Source: a virus (taxonomy: Duplodnaviria > Caudoviricetes). From it: a stretch of DNA of 43,893 nucleotides. This document shows, in pieces, positions 29,120 to 38,690 of the stretch; positions within the stretch are counted from its first letter, which is position 1, and every line of letters begins with the position of its first letter. Below the pieces are notes generated by a model. The model did not search any database, was not told the origin of the DNA, and saw only the letters and a program-made list of their open reading frames with translations. A program made the position numbers and the translations under genes. Location of the stretch: IMG/VR virus record IMGVR_UViG_3300005805_000153, positions 1-43,893 of that record; one strand, written 5' to 3'.

Positions 29120-29965
29120 TTATCCAACGTTAACTGGGAAGTTACCTCTAAAGACTGGAGGAGTAATTACATCTTCTCCTCTTGGATTTGGTGCAGGGAC
29201 ATCACGAAGGGGTCCACCAAATGTTCCGCCACGAGTATTGATCTCATAAAGTTCTTGAAGTGTTCCTGCACCAGTAAGTGCAATTCCACCACCAGTTGCA
29301 TCAAGAAGACTTTGTTCCCAAAGTTGTTGTTGTCTAATGACAGTTTCTGGTTCTTCAGAAATAGTTACATCAGTCACAATATACCTATCATATCTAAACG
29401 TTACGTTCAATTGTAACACGTTTGATCCGTTATAACTTACAGGTGTTGATGAAACAGAATATGGCCAAGCTCTAAAAAATGTGTACGCGATAGAACCACT
29501 TCTTTGTTGGAATGCGTCTTTATTAAACTTCCAGATTTGCATATCACATTTATAAAAATCTGGATAGGTCAATCTCATTACCTGAGAATTGCGACCACCA
29601 GAACTTTTCTTTAGAGGATTGATTAGACCCATCCAAGCCTCAAAGAACTTCATTACGTTGTAACCGTAGTCAACGTAAAACGTGAAGGTTATGTCATCAT
29701 AAATTCTTGAATATGGAACTCTTTCAGTGATACCTTGACGATCACCAGCAACTTCAATATCAGCGAAAGAGGATCCTGGAAGAACTGCATCGCAAACATA
29801 TAAACCTAGATCTTCGGCAACAAATCTATTAGTAACTCCCACTTGAGAAGCTGCCTTTAGAACACTACCATTCATTTGGAAAAATGCCTGGTAGTGGTTT
29901 GTTAGTGATACCTGTTGGAATCTAGACTTGATATCATCTATTTGATACAGTTGTGGAATAGGCAT
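29120..29965 (-). CDS. Tail tube initiator / tube-like protein (gp54/gp19 family)
   Basis: LPGSS, PYSRIYDDITFTFYVD, AWPYSVS and LNVTFRYDR. Confidence 0.75.
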   Translation of the reverse strand: MPIPQLYQIDDIKSRFQQVSLTNHYQAFFQMNGSVLKAASQVGVTNRFVAEDLGLYVCDAVLPGSSFADIEVAGDRQGITERVPYSRIYDDITFTFYVDYGYNVMKFFEAWMGLINPLKKSSGGRNSQVMRLTYPDFYKCDMQIWKFNKDAFQQRSGSIAYTFFRAWPYSVSSTPVSYNGSNVLQLNVTFRYDRYIVTDVTISEEPETVIRQQQLWEQSLLDATGGGIALTGAGTLQELYEINTRGGTFGGPLRDVPAPNPRGEDVITPPVFRGNFPVNVG

Positions 29966-29970
29966 TGGGC

Positions 29971-29978
29971 TATAAATA
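29971..29978 (+). promoter_or_regulatory. T4 late promoter TATAAATA (drives gp4-gp53 block)
   Basis: Exact gp55 consensus 25 nt upstream of the gp4 ATG. Confidence 0.85.
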
Positions 29979-29997
29979 GATATCAGCCAGTTAAGAG

Positions 29998-30005
29998 TTA
30001 TTTAT
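29998..30005 (-). promoter_or_regulatory. Late promoter ATAAATAA (drives gp54-like gene)
   Basis: Minus-strand late-promoter core overlapping the gp4 start codon. Confidence 0.7.
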
Positions 30006-30444
30006 GAGTTATAGCGGGAAGTATAAGCCTTCCAATCCAAAGAAGTACAAGGGCGATCCAACTAACATCGTTTATCGGTCTCTTTGGGAGAGAAAATTCA
30101 TGAAATACTGTGATGATAATGAGAATATTTTAGAATGGGGTAGTGAAGAGTTCTTTGTTCCATACAAAGATCCCGTGACAGGTAAGAAAAGAAGGTACTT
30201 CCCAGATTTCTACATCAAATATATCGATGCGACTGGCAGAATGCGTCGAATGGTTGTAGAAATCAAACCCGCAAAACAGTGTAAAGAACCAAATCCAAAT
30301 CCTCCAAAGAAGACAAAGGCTTGGATCAACGAAGTTTATACCTGGGGTACTAATCAAGCTAAGTGGAAAGCTTGTAAAGAATTCTGTGATGATCGTCTCT
30401 GGGAGTTCAAGATCTTTACTGAGAAAGAACTAGGTATTAAATGA
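30004..30444 (+). CDS. gp4: Head completion nuclease
   Basis: YSGKYKPSNPKKYKGDPTNIVYRSLWE, RYFPDF, VEIKP and NQAKW. Confidence 0.93.
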   Translation: MSYSGKYKPSNPKKYKGDPTNIVYRSLWERKFMKYCDDNENILEWGSEEFFVPYKDPVTGKKRRYFPDFYIKYIDATGRMRRMVVEIKPAKQCKEPNPNPPKKTKAWINEVYTWGTNQAKWKACKEFCDDRLWEFKIFTEKELGIK

Positions 30445-30950
30445 GTATCGCATCTATCGTCAAATCTGAAGCAGGAAATAAAAATCGCAGCCGCGATTGG
30501 TATCGTGGCACCTTGGCAAAAGTTCTCAAAAACTATCAAGGTCCAGAGTATGATGATCCAGATAACGATAGAGACCAATATGGTCCAGCAGAGGGAGGTG
30601 AATTATACTTCTTCAATTATATCGCAACCAAACCAACCAGATTGAAGTATTATGATCAATTTCCAATCACATACATAATTAATACTTACCCAGATGGTTT
30701 TCTGGGAGCAAACTTACATTACTTAGAACCTAAACTAAGAAAAGGTGTTGCGTTATCTCTTCTAAATAGTGGAGATGGTGTAATTGTACCCAATAAAACC
30801 TTACACAGGTATTACTTTGGTGGGATACAAGGTAACATGATGAGAGTACCAGAAGCAGAGATGGCTGACGTGTCACTGTTACCAACCGAAAAATTTGTCA
30901 CTCCAAATGGAGTTGATTATCCTTCTTACAGGGTATGGAGGGATAAGTAA
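30441..30950 (+). CDS. gp2: DNA end protector protein
   Basis: YFFNY, YYDQFP and GFLGANLHYL. Confidence 0.8.
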   Translation: MSIASIVKSEAGNKNRSRDWYRGTLAKVLKNYQGPEYDDPDNDRDQYGPAEGGELYFFNYIATKPTRLKYYDQFPITYIINTYPDGFLGANLHYLEPKLRKGVALSLLNSGDGVIVPNKTLHRYYFGGIQGNMMRVPEAEMADVSLLPTEKFVTPNGVDYPSYRVWRDK

Positions 30951-32446
30951 TGTCATTTGGAGGAACAACTCAAAAGTCTAAAATATACAAAACCAGAAGT
31001 GGTGCGCAATTTTATATTGAAATTGATGAGAATAGTCAATATTATAGAGCCGTAGCAATACAAAACAAAAGTGACTATGACAATAATTTTGGTGCAGTAA
31101 TTTATGAAGAATCCGTTTCAAGAATGTCAAAGGACGGAGGCACTCTTGAAAAAACTACGGATAAACTTCTTAAAGACTATGGTGGAGTTGCGTTTGCAAA
31201 CCAAGCAAGAAATATTGTAGGAACTGCATATAAGAATTCATACAAACCTGATGAACTTACAGAATTCCAAGGTAAATGGTGGGTTGCAGATAGAAACACT
31301 GCAAATGCAGAAGTAGCTAGTCGTGGATCTAATCCAGGAGCACAAGTACAAGAAACAATACAACAGGGACTTGATGAAGTAACGATCAAGGCAAATCAGG
31401 CAGCTGCTAAAGATCTTGCCATCAATACATCAAGATTACCAGAAATTAATAAATCATCTCTTAGATATCCAGAAGATCTGGATATGAATATTCAAGACAC
31501 GTTGATGATTCATACATTTCGTTATGAACCAGCAAGAGGATTGCCAAATATTGATCAAGCAACAGATAATGCTAGATTTTTAAGAACTGCTTCAATTGAT
31601 TCAAAGGGTGGTAGAAGATCCAAACTTCTTTCTACAATCATTCTACCAATTCCTAACGCTGTTGGTGATAGTAATGCAGTTGCATGGGGTGGAGGTCAAT
31701 TTAGTTCTATTGCAGGAACATTGGGTGGAGAAATTAATAATGCAATATTTGGTTCTTTAGGTTCCAGTCCAGATACAAGTGGATGGCAAAAATTCGAAGA
31801 TATCTCAAATACAGTAGCCGGTGGAATTCAGGGTGCAATAAGAGGTGCAGGACAACTTATTTCAAATCCATATGTTCAAAGAAAAGCTTTATTAGATTCA
31901 TTAGCTGCAGCGGCAGCTAAAGTAGGAGTTAATGTTGATGTAACTCAAGTAATTACAAGAACTGGTGGTGTAATTGAAAATCCAAACTTAGAACTTCTCT
32001 TTACTGGACCGTCACTTAGAACCTTCCAGTTTACGGTAAGATTTACACCAAGAAGTCCTACAGAATCTGCAGTTGTGAGAAAGATCATTAGAGTATTGAA
32101 ACAACACTCTGCAGTTAAAAAGGGTGTAACTCTTGGTACAAGTGGATTTACCAATAGAAACTTACTTCTTGGAACTCCCGATGTATTTGTTCTTAAATAT
32201 ATTCAGGCAGGTCCTCCTGGAAGAGAAAAAGAGATCAAAGGTCTTACTAAAATGAAGACCTGTGCATTAACCAATCTTTCAGTTGATTACACTGGTGAAG
32301 CTGGAAGATGGGCAGCATACGATGGAGATAGTCAACCAGTTACCACTCTGGTGACTATGAATTTCTCAGAACTTGCACCTATCTATGATGCAGACTATAT
32401 TAATAACTTTGGTGATGAAAGTCAACTTGACGACGTAGGATTCTAA
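30950..32446 (+). CDS. gp48: Baseplate tail-tube cap
   Basis: LRYP, ILPIP, NPNLELLFTGPSLRTFQF and CALTNLSVDYT. Confidence 0.88.
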   Translation: MSFGGTTQKSKIYKTRSGAQFYIEIDENSQYYRAVAIQNKSDYDNNFGAVIYEESVSRMSKDGGTLEKTTDKLLKDYGGVAFANQARNIVGTAYKNSYKPDELTEFQGKWWVADRNTANAEVASRGSNPGAQVQETIQQGLDEVTIKANQAAAKDLAINTSRLPEINKSSLRYPEDLDMNIQDTLMIHTFRYEPARGLPNIDQATDNARFLRTASIDSKGGRRSKLLSTIILPIPNAVGDSNAVAWGGGQFSSIAGTLGGEINNAIFGSLGSSPDTSGWQKFEDISNTVAGGIQGAIRGAGQLISNPYVQRKALLDSLAAAAAKVGVNVDVTQVITRTGGVIENPNLELLFTGPSLRTFQFTVRFTPRSPTESAVVRKIIRVLKQHSAVKKGVTLGTSGFTNRNLLLGTPDVFVLKYIQAGPPGREKEIKGLTKMKTCALTNLSVDYTGEAGRWAAYDGDSQPVTTLVTMNFSELAPIYDADYINNFGDESQLDDVGF

Positions 32447-33099
32447 TGGCTAACTTTCTTAGACAACTTCCAGACTTAGACTATCCTTCTCTATTAAATG
32501 ATAGACAAGGTAGTGGAGATACAGTTCGTGTAAAAAACCTTTTTAGACGGGTCAAAATTAGAGAAGATTATTTCTCAAATCTTGTTCAATTTATTAGTTA
32601 TAAGATTACGGGTGATGATAGACCAGACAACGTAGCGGAAAAAGTTTATGGTGATGCTGATCTTGACTGGATTGTATTAATTTCAAACAATATTATTGAT
32701 ATCAAAAATGATTGGCCAATGACCGAATATGACTTAAACGTCTATTTGAGTGACAAGTACACTGAAGACCAATTAGTTCAAATTAAGGAATATAGAACGA
32801 TTGAGTGGAGAGACCGAAATAATCAACTTATTGTTCCAGCTGGTCAAGTTGTAGATGAAAGTTTTAAAGTTGAATATTTGAAAGGAAACCAGATAGTATC
32901 AGTTTCACCAATTCGTTCAGTTTCTTACTTTGAGTGGGAAGTTGAGAAAAACGAAGAAAGGCGAAATATCAATCTAGTTGATCCACAATACGTTGGTACG
33001 ATAGTGGACGAATATGAGAAAATCATGAAATATGGTAAATCTTCTCAATACGTGAATGAGAGATTGAAGAAGACTGAGAACATTAGGATCACTGGCTAA
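32446..33099 (+). CDS. gp53: Baseplate wedge subunit
   Basis: VKNLFRR and RPDNVAEKVYGDADLDWIVLISNNI (LysM-like). Confidence 0.9.
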   Translation: MANFLRQLPDLDYPSLLNDRQGSGDTVRVKNLFRRVKIREDYFSNLVQFISYKITGDDRPDNVAEKVYGDADLDWIVLISNNIIDIKNDWPMTEYDLNVYLSDKYTEDQLVQIKEYRTIEWRDRNNQLIVPAGQVVDESFKVEYLKGNQIVSVSPIRSVSYFEWEVEKNEERRNINLVDPQYVGTIVDEYEKIMKYGKSSQYVNERLKKTENIRITG

Positions 33100-33147
33100 A
33101 AAAAATGGGGCCGACCCTGACAGGTCAAAAAGCCCCAGAATTTTTTT
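33098..33147. terminator. Bidirectional terminator between convergent gp53 and gp32 transcripts
   Basis: A8 - TGGGGC...GCCCCA stem (inner GACC/GGTC) - T-run. Confidence 0.75.
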
Positions 33148-33151
33148 CCCG

Positions 33152-33361
33152 CTATTTTTGAAAACAAGTAACGTTTTTCGTGGCCGGAACGTCGTTCCAG
33201 TGTCTCACTACCCCTGCAACAATGAATACATTAGTGATGAGATAAGTGAGAAATATAACAGTCCGTACACTAGCCACGACATCTGATTCTTTGTCATCTT
33301 TACTGGCCTTTTCTCCTATTGATTTGGCCCAGTACCTCCAGAAGTTTCTAGGTTTACTCAC
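33152..33361 (-). CDS. Small membrane protein
   Basis: WAKSIGEKAS...VRTVIFLTYLITNVFIVAGVVRHWN; one hydrophobic helix; GTG start overlaps the gp32 stop. Confidence 0.7.
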   Translation of the reverse strand: MSKPRNFWRYWAKSIGEKASKDDKESDVVASVRTVIFLTYLITNVFIVAGVVRHWNDVPATKNVTCFQK

Positions 33362-34290
33362 TCTTCAGCAAGTTTCTGGAAGTAGGACAGTGCATCATCT
33401 TCATCTTCATCATTGTAACCACCACCAACTGCAACAGGTTCGCGGTTGAGGTTGTTCAGTTCGTTGCGAAGACCATCATCAAGGTCACGAACAGGACCAC
33501 GGAAGTCATCTTCGTCTTCAACTTCTTCGGCGACAGGACGACGAGCAGGAGCAGCATTACCCAGAACATTGTCCAGACGCTTCTTCAGGGTCTCATAGTC
33601 CTTGAACTGATCTTGAGCAACCAGTTCTTGCAGAGAATACTCCTTCTTCCAAAGAGCTTCGAGTGCATCATCATCACCATCAAGAAGTGCAGAAGGACGG
33701 GCAAACTCAGAACTATCATAGTTCCAGTAACCTGCAACCTTCTTGATCTTGATCTTGAAGTCTGCACCACCCCAGAAATCAAAGGGGTTGATGGGATCTT
33801 CATCCTCAAACTCAGGTTGCATTGCAGCCATCACCTTGTCAAAGATCTTCTTACCAAACTTGTACAGGAAGACCTTACCTTCGTTTTGGGGATTTGCAGG
33901 ATCCTTCACAACATAGATGTTGGAATAGTAGGAAAGCTTACGCTTCTGTTTCCGTGCAGTCTCTTTGTCTGCATCGTTACCAGAGTTCCACAGACGAGTA
34001 TTGAGTTCAGACACGGGATCTTTTTGACCCAGAGTAGTCAGGGAGTTTTCGATGTACCAACCACCAGGACCTTGAAAGGCATGAGTGTACATCTTGACCC
34101 AAGGGAGTTCTTCACCCTCAGGAGCGGGAAGGAAACGGACTACTGCATAACCGTTACCAGATTTGTCCATTTCTGGTTTCCACAGGCGGTCATCACCACC
34201 TTGAGGGGAATTCATTTTCTCAACTTCTTTGACCAACTTAGAAGTCAGAGAACCCAGTTTGGACTGTTTTTTAAGGTCAGAAAAAGACAT
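33358..34290 (-). CDS. gp32: Single-stranded DNA-binding protein
   Basis: MSFSDLKK, DDRLWKP, GNGYAVVRFLP, HAFQGPGGWYIENSLTT and acidic tail; start corrected to 34290. Confidence 0.96.
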   Translation of the reverse strand: MSFSDLKKQSKLGSLTSKLVKEVEKMNSPQGGDDRLWKPEMDKSGNGYAVVRFLPAPEGEELPWVKMYTHAFQGPGGWYIENSLTTLGQKDPVSELNTRLWNSGNDADKETARKQKRKLSYYSNIYVVKDPANPQNEGKVFLYKFGKKIFDKVMAAMQPEFEDEDPINPFDFWGGADFKIKIKKVAGYWNYDSSEFARPSALLDGDDDALEALWKKEYSLQELVAQDQFKDYETLKKRLDNVLGNAAPARRPVAEEVEDEDDFRGPVRDLDDGLRNELNNLNREPVAVGGGYNDEDEDDALSYFQKLAEE

Positions 34291-34337
34291 TAGATTACCT
34301 CGGATTGAGTTAGATTTGGCCTTTGTGGTGGCAGAGT

Positions 34338-34367
34338 TATCGTACCAGGGAAGGGACCTACTTGTCA
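34338..34367 (-). promoter_or_regulatory. Sigma70-type promoter upstream of gp32
   Basis: TTGACA-N18-TACGAT. Confidence 0.65.
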
Positions 34368-34699
34368 AGTCCCTTATCGACCATCCTACGCAAATTTTTG
34401 ATGGTCATGTGCATATTGTTAAACAGGTCACCAGGATCCACCGAACCTGGGAACCCCAGCATTTTAGCTGCGTTTACGATGTTCTCTTTGATCTGCAGTG
34501 CTTCTGGATCATCAGAAAGAGAAACTCTTGTGTACATAATGCGTTGTTTTTCAAGTAAGTTTTCTAACTTAGTAAGATGTTCATACTGATCTTCCTGCGA
34601 CATTGCAGGAAACTTCATTGCATCTTTGTAGATTTCTTCTTGAAGTTCATTGATCTCTACAAGTCCAGCACGAACTTGTGGACTGTCCAGAAAACTCAT
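34358..34699 (-). CDS. DUF1825-like cyanobacterial/cyanophage protein
   Basis: MSFLDSPQV...QRIMYTRVSLSDDPEA. Confidence 0.75.
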   Translation of the reverse strand: MSFLDSPQVRAGLVEINELQEEIYKDAMKFPAMSQEDQYEHLTKLENLLEKQRIMYTRVSLSDDPEALQIKENIVNAAKMLGFPGSVDPGDLFNNMHMTIKNLRRMVDKGLDK

Positions 34700-35289
34700 A
34701 GAACTTTCTCCTTCAGGATTTTTCTATAACGAAGCACGTCAATATTTAGAAATGAACCATACTTCTTGATCTTGAGGGAAACCGTACTCCAAATTGGATC
34801 ATCCAGTTTCTTATCAAATTGTTTTACAAAACCTAAGATCTTATCAAGAATTATAAGGGTCTCAATAGAGATCTCTTTCTTGAGATAAGACTTCAGGATT
34901 TTCGGGTGTTGGCCTTGAGTATGGAAGTAACTGTCGAAATTATCTCTTGTAAAGATTGTTTCAACTTCGTTTCCGAATAGGTAGGACAAGGATTGGTTTC
35001 GTTTTTGCCACTCCTTGAAGTTGGTTTCTCCATTTTGAATAATCTCTCCTATCCACACTTTACCAGGATCTTCACTGGAAATAAAGTTTGAGATGAAGTA
35101 CTGTATGATCTCGTCATCATCCTTCTTTCTAGAAAGTCTCTCAAAAAAATATCTGTCACGTCTTTTATTGAAAGACGCAACAGATGCTCGTGACTTACCG
35201 CCGTATTTTACATAGTCATAATTTTCCTTGGTGAAGTGGTTCTTCATCGCAAGATAAGTTTTGTAACAATCAAAGGGGGACACTTTCAC
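34696..35289 (-). CDS. gp59: Helicase loader
   Basis: YLAMKNHFT, YDYVKYGGK, FNKRRDRYFF and ISIETL. Confidence 0.9.
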   Translation of the reverse strand: MKVSPFDCYKTYLAMKNHFTKENYDYVKYGGKSRASVASFNKRRDRYFFERLSRKKDDDEIIQYFISNFISSEDPGKVWIGEIIQNGETNFKEWQKRNQSLSYLFGNEVETIFTRDNFDSYFHTQGQHPKILKSYLKKEISIETLIILDKILGFVKQFDKKLDDPIWSTVSLKIKKYGSFLNIDVLRYRKILKEKVL

Positions 35290-35543
35290 AATGGCAATCG
35301 TGCTCGTGATGTACGTTTGAGGAAGTTAAGTTCAATGGCTTCAGCCTTGATTTTTTCCTTGAGTGGTTTACTGATGAGTTTAGAAACAGATTCGATTTCG
35401 ATCTTGTTTTCTTCACAATAATGGACAATCGCATCGATGTAATTCAGGTCATCGTTGTCCCGAACTAATTCTTCGATATCCTTAGTGAATTTTGTTTGAC
35501 ACAAGAACTTTTCTTTAAGTGCCTTATCCAGGTCTTTATTCAT
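35286..35543 (-). CDS. gp33: Late transcription co-activator
   Basis: YIDAIVHYCEENKIEIE...LKEKIKAEAIELNFL; start taken at MNKDL. Confidence 0.9.
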   Translation of the reverse strand: MNKDLDKALKEKFLCQTKFTKDIEELVRDNDDLNYIDAIVHYCEENKIEIESVSKLISKPLKEKIKAEAIELNFLKRTSRARLPL

Positions 35544-36210
35544 TGGAGAGCTTATGAGTAACAAATTCTTTAATGTACCGAACTAATAACTTAATATACT
35601 CTTCTTTGTTTCTTTTGTCAAATACTTTGACCTCACCAGAAGAAGTTGTCATAATTGTAATCAACTTCTTGACTGGAATACCAGTCATCTCATAGTACAT
35701 ACATGCGTATGCAGTTTCTTGAACGAAGTAGTTTTCTAACCACTTCTCTGGTTTAATTTTGTCTGCAGTTTTAAAGTCAATGATAGCAAGTTCTCCAGCG
35801 TACTCCGCAATACAATCAACACGACCAGCAATACCGAAATACTCAGAATAAAGGGTACGCTCAATAGCATGTATATGATCAATTTGATCAAGGAACGGTT
35901 TGGCGGAGTGGAACATGAACTGTGTGGCTGGGAGGTGGTTATCCCAGATGAGTTCTTTACCTTCAAGATAAGACTGCGCCGCTTCATGGAAATCAGTGCC
36001 ACGGGTTGTGGCTTTCTTAGTAATACGATTAGCTTCTTCTTCACCTATCTTCTTTCTCCAGTCAATAAACGTTTGACGATTATAGAAAGAGGTGACTGAA
36101 GTGATAGAAGGCACCCAGTCACCATTAGGAAGAAGATAGAGACGACAACCGTTAGTTTCTTTTTTCTCTAGTTCAATGTCACCCAGATAATTATGATAAG
36201 TTCTTTGCAT
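35536..36210 (-). CDS. PD-(D/E)XK exonuclease
   Basis: PSITSV, RGTDFH, AGRVDC, IIDFKT and QETAY. Confidence 0.88.
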   Translation of the reverse strand: MQRTYHNYLGDIELEKKETNGCRLYLLPNGDWVPSITSVTSFYNRQTFIDWRKKIGEEEANRITKKATTRGTDFHEAAQSYLEGKELIWDNHLPATQFMFHSAKPFLDQIDHIHAIERTLYSEYFGIAGRVDCIAEYAGELAIIDFKTADKIKPEKWLENYFVQETAYACMYYEMTGIPVKKLITIMTTSSGEVKVFDKRNKEEYIKLLVRYIKEFVTHKLSNE

Positions 36211-36965
36211 TAGAGATTAAGTGCCATTTTTTTCATAATGTATTCACGAACCAGACCAGAACGAACGATGTCATCAACACCAAATTCAACCATTGCAAAT
36301 GATTCATTCATTTGTTCAATGATCTTCATGAAGTCAAGAATACCATTGCGTTCATAAGTTTTTTGAAGGTCCGTTTGAGATGCATCACCACAGAAAATGA
36401 TTTTGCAGTTGTCACCCACACGGGTAATTATACTATCAAGTTCATGGAAGTTCAAGTTTTGAGCTTCATCAATCAACAGAATAGAATCATCAAAAGTAGT
36501 ACCACGAAGGAAAGAAGTAGACCAGAATGAAATAGTTTCCTGAGATTTCAGGTTACCATAGAGCATTTCAAAGTCTGCATCAGATGGCATTTCGAACATG
36601 TACTTAACCATGTTCTTGTATGGAATTTGATAAAGAGCTGATTTATCTTCATGGTCACCAGGAAGAAAACCAATCTCACGGGTTGCAACAAGTGAACGAA
36701 CGATGTAGATCTTCTTGTAAGGAGTGTACTCATTCAACACATCTTGAAGTGCATTGTAGAGTGCAACAAAAGTCTTACCAGTACCAGCACATCCGTAAGC
36801 AAAGATGTTTTTACCTTCAGCATATGCATCAAACAGTTTCTCTTGATTTGGAGTAAGAGGTTCAATGTCTATCAGGAAATCATTGTTGATTGGTTTCTTG
36901 CGTTTCATTTGTTTCGCAGTTAATCCAATACCAATGGGTTCAGAAGACTTCCTTTTTCTTGCCAT
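36210..36965 (-). CDS. phoH: PhoH-family ATPase
   Basis: GCAGTGKT, EIGFLPG, FLRGTTF, DEAQN and GDASQTDL. Confidence 0.95.
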   Translation of the reverse strand: MARKRKSSEPIGIGLTAKQMKRKKPINNDFLIDIEPLTPNQEKLFDAYAEGKNIFAYGCAGTGKTFVALYNALQDVLNEYTPYKKIYIVRSLVATREIGFLPGDHEDKSALYQIPYKNMVKYMFEMPSDADFEMLYGNLKSQETISFWSTSFLRGTTFDDSILLIDEAQNLNFHELDSIITRVGDNCKIIFCGDASQTDLQKTYERNGILDFMKIIEQMNESFAMVEFGVDDIVRSGLVREYIMKKMALNL

Positions 36966-36966
36966 A

Positions 36967-37215
36967 CTAGATTTTCTTTACTTTGGAACCAGGAGCTTGC
37001 GAAGCTTTATGAAGGACATCATTCCAGCCTGGATTTCTAGAAATCAGTTTGTTCCTCCAATCTCCCACTTCTGTCGCCATAGGAGCAGTGGATGGATCGG
37101 ACCAATCACGGACCCAACCAGGATTGTCCTTCAACCACTGATCCCATACATGAATACTCATTGAGACTTCTTTTTGTTCACCTGTTTCAGTATTGATAAT
37201 GGGATATATCGGCAT
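36967..37215 (-). CDS. Small conserved protein (FmdB-like, lacking Cys)
   Basis: MPIYPIINTETGEQKE...GWNDVL...APGS; TAAATA late motif at 37236-37241. Confidence 0.7.
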   Translation of the reverse strand: MPIYPIINTETGEQKEVSMSIHVWDQWLKDNPGWVRDWSDPSTAPMATEVGDWRNKLISRNPGWNDVLHKASQAPGSKVKKI

Positions 37216-37238
37216 AATAAATGAAGAGGGTGATGTAT

Positions 37239-37874
37239 TTAGACCCACTCAAGGGCTTCTGCAACGGTGGGGAATTGTTCGGTAAATACCTTCTTACAAT
37301 CCTCTGCGATCCTCATGTGTTCTAACTGAGTACCGTTCGCACTTCTAAGATTAATATAATGGATCCAAGAACGGCAAGAACCTGACATATAAATCCTGGT
37401 GGGAGTGGCCAAAGGAAGGACCATACGAGCACACTCTTTTGCAACACCCTGTTCTAGAAGAAAATTATAAGTGTCTTGAGCATCACGAAACAGATCTTGG
37501 ATCATCTTATTCATTACGAATACTTTCTCTTCCTCAAGATCATCAATAGAATTCTGTCGGTTCTTTGTATCCTGACGACGCAACTCTGGAAGAGGAATGT
37601 CTGTTGCTAGAAGATTGGTATCTGCATACCGTTGAGAGAACTCTTGATAGGTGAATGAACGGTGACGCAAGATCTGGGCCGCAATCGCCCTGGTAGTCTC
37701 AATCTCAAGCGTCATGAAAGCCTGTTCAAAGACACTCCAGTGGTTGTGTTTGATGCAGTACCTCAAAAGACCCGCATAGTTATCATTCTCTTGATTGGCA
37801 GGGTTAGAGACCCGTGCCACGTAGGCCATGGTCTGTTCTGCATCTGGAGTAACACTAATCAGTTTAACAGTCAT
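37239..37874 (-). CDS. thyX: Flavin-dependent thymidylate synthase
   Basis: HWSVFE, QILRHRSFTYQEFSQRY and ARMVLP. Confidence 0.96.
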   Translation of the reverse strand: MTVKLISVTPDAEQTMAYVARVSNPANQENDNYAGLLRYCIKHNHWSVFEQAFMTLEIETTRAIAAQILRHRSFTYQEFSQRYADTNLLATDIPLPELRRQDTKNRQNSIDDLEEEKVFVMNKMIQDLFRDAQDTYNFLLEQGVAKECARMVLPLATPTRIYMSGSCRSWIHYINLRSANGTQLEHMRIAEDCKKVFTEQFPTVAEALEWV

Positions 37875-37876
37875 TT

Positions 37877-38251
37877 TCAATCCCAACTAACATTTTGAAC
37901 AAGAAAACCAGGCATCACATAGGTCCAAGCACCTAGATCACCATTTCCACCAATCTTATATTCCCACTTATACTCAAACTTATTGTAACTATCCCAAGTC
38001 ATGTATCCTTGTTCTTTATCAAAACGGCCTTTGATCGTCAACCCATGTTTATTAGAGAAGATGTTACGGGTACGGAGTGCTCCACCTTTCTCACGGGTTT
38101 CAACAACTACACATGTATCAGGATAGGTTTGAATACCTTGTTCCAAAAGACATGCGGTTTCATATCGAAATGGACGATAAGTTTTAGTTTCTTGTGCAAA
38201 TACAGGAGATGCAAAGAACAGAGAAGCAATCACAAAAAGCTTTTTCATCAT
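37877..38251 (-). CDS. Hypothetical protein with signal peptide
   Basis: MKKLFVIASLFFASPVFA signal-like N-terminus. Confidence 0.7.
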   Translation of the reverse strand: MMKKLFVIASLFFASPVFAQETKTYRPFRYETACLLEQGIQTYPDTCVVVETREKGGALRTRNIFSNKHGLTIKGRFDKEQGYMTWDSYNKFEYKWEYKIGGNGDLGAWTYVMPGFLVQNVSWD

Positions 38252-38430
38252 TCCTCAGTGGATTTTTTCTTTAACTTACGAATACGTTTGACTTCTTTGA
38301 GTTCTGCCTTGATCATGTGATAGGCAGTCTCTGAGTCTATCTTATTACCCATCTCTAAGGCAATAATGATATCAACTCTAGTTCCAAAATGAGCCAGAGC
38401 CTTTTCGAAGCAATCTAGATCTTCATACAT
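38248..38430 (-). CDS. Small conserved hypothetical protein
   Basis: FEKALAHFGTRVDIIIALEMGNKI; ATGA coupling with the next gene. Confidence 0.75.
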   Translation of the reverse strand: MYEDLDCFEKALAHFGTRVDIIIALEMGNKIDSETAYHMIKAELKEVKRIRKLKKKSTEE

Positions 38431-38441
38431 CCTTTAGTCTC

Positions 38442-38606
38442 CTAATCTGGATAACCATCATCATCCTCAAATACCTCATCATAGTCTGTTACTTTATCAT
38501 TTATGTCTTGAAGATATGACTGGGTATCTGAATAGACTTCTGATTCTAATTCTTCTAGTACCTCTCTTAAGGCAGCTATAAGAACTTTAAGCTTTGCTTT
38601 ATTCAT
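38442..38606 (-). CDS. Small acidic hypothetical protein (54 aa; not in ORF track)
   Basis: MNKAKLKVLIAALREVLEELESEVYSD...DYDEVFEDDDGYPD; AAGGGA ribosome-binding site. Confidence 0.8.
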   Translation of the reverse strand: MNKAKLKVLIAALREVLEELESEVYSDTQSYLQDINDKVTDYDEVFEDDDGYPD

Positions 38607-38629
38607 GTCCCTTGAACCCTGGCAGAGTT

Positions 38630-38658
38630 ATTCTATCTAGGATCGGGGGGTATGGCAA
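38630..38658 (-). promoter_or_regulatory. Sigma70-type promoter
   Basis: TTGCCA-N17-TAGAAT. Confidence 0.7.
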
Positions 38659-38662
38659 GCAC

Positions 38663-38690
38663 AAAAAAAGAGGGGCCCTAGGACCCCTCT
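38663..38690 (-). terminator. Intrinsic terminator ending the micro-ORF operon
   Basis: AGAGGGG-TCCTAGGG-CCCCTCT followed by a T-run. Confidence 0.85.

Noticed and set aside
30004-30444. TnsA-like transposase or mobile element
   Set aside because: The nuclease motif belongs to T4 gp4 in its normal gp4-gp2-gp48-gp53 context, and no terminal repeats were seen
33613-34293. 226-aa plus-strand ORF opposite gp32 (and similar antisense ORFs over gp5, the fibre genes and psbA)
   Set aside because: These are antisense mirror frames caused by codon bias, with no motifs or expression signals
34291-34368. N-terminal extension of gp32 in the ORF track
   Set aside because: The called start is the TTG of the TTGACA -35 box; the conserved start is MSFSDLKK at 34290
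35536-36210. Cas4 call for the nuclease
   Set aside because: The four-Cys Fe-S arrangement is not present, and it occupies the usual exonuclease position between phoH and gp33
36960-37245. Pho box upstream of phoH
   Set aside because: No tandem 11-bp-period repeat was seen, and phoH is embedded in an operon
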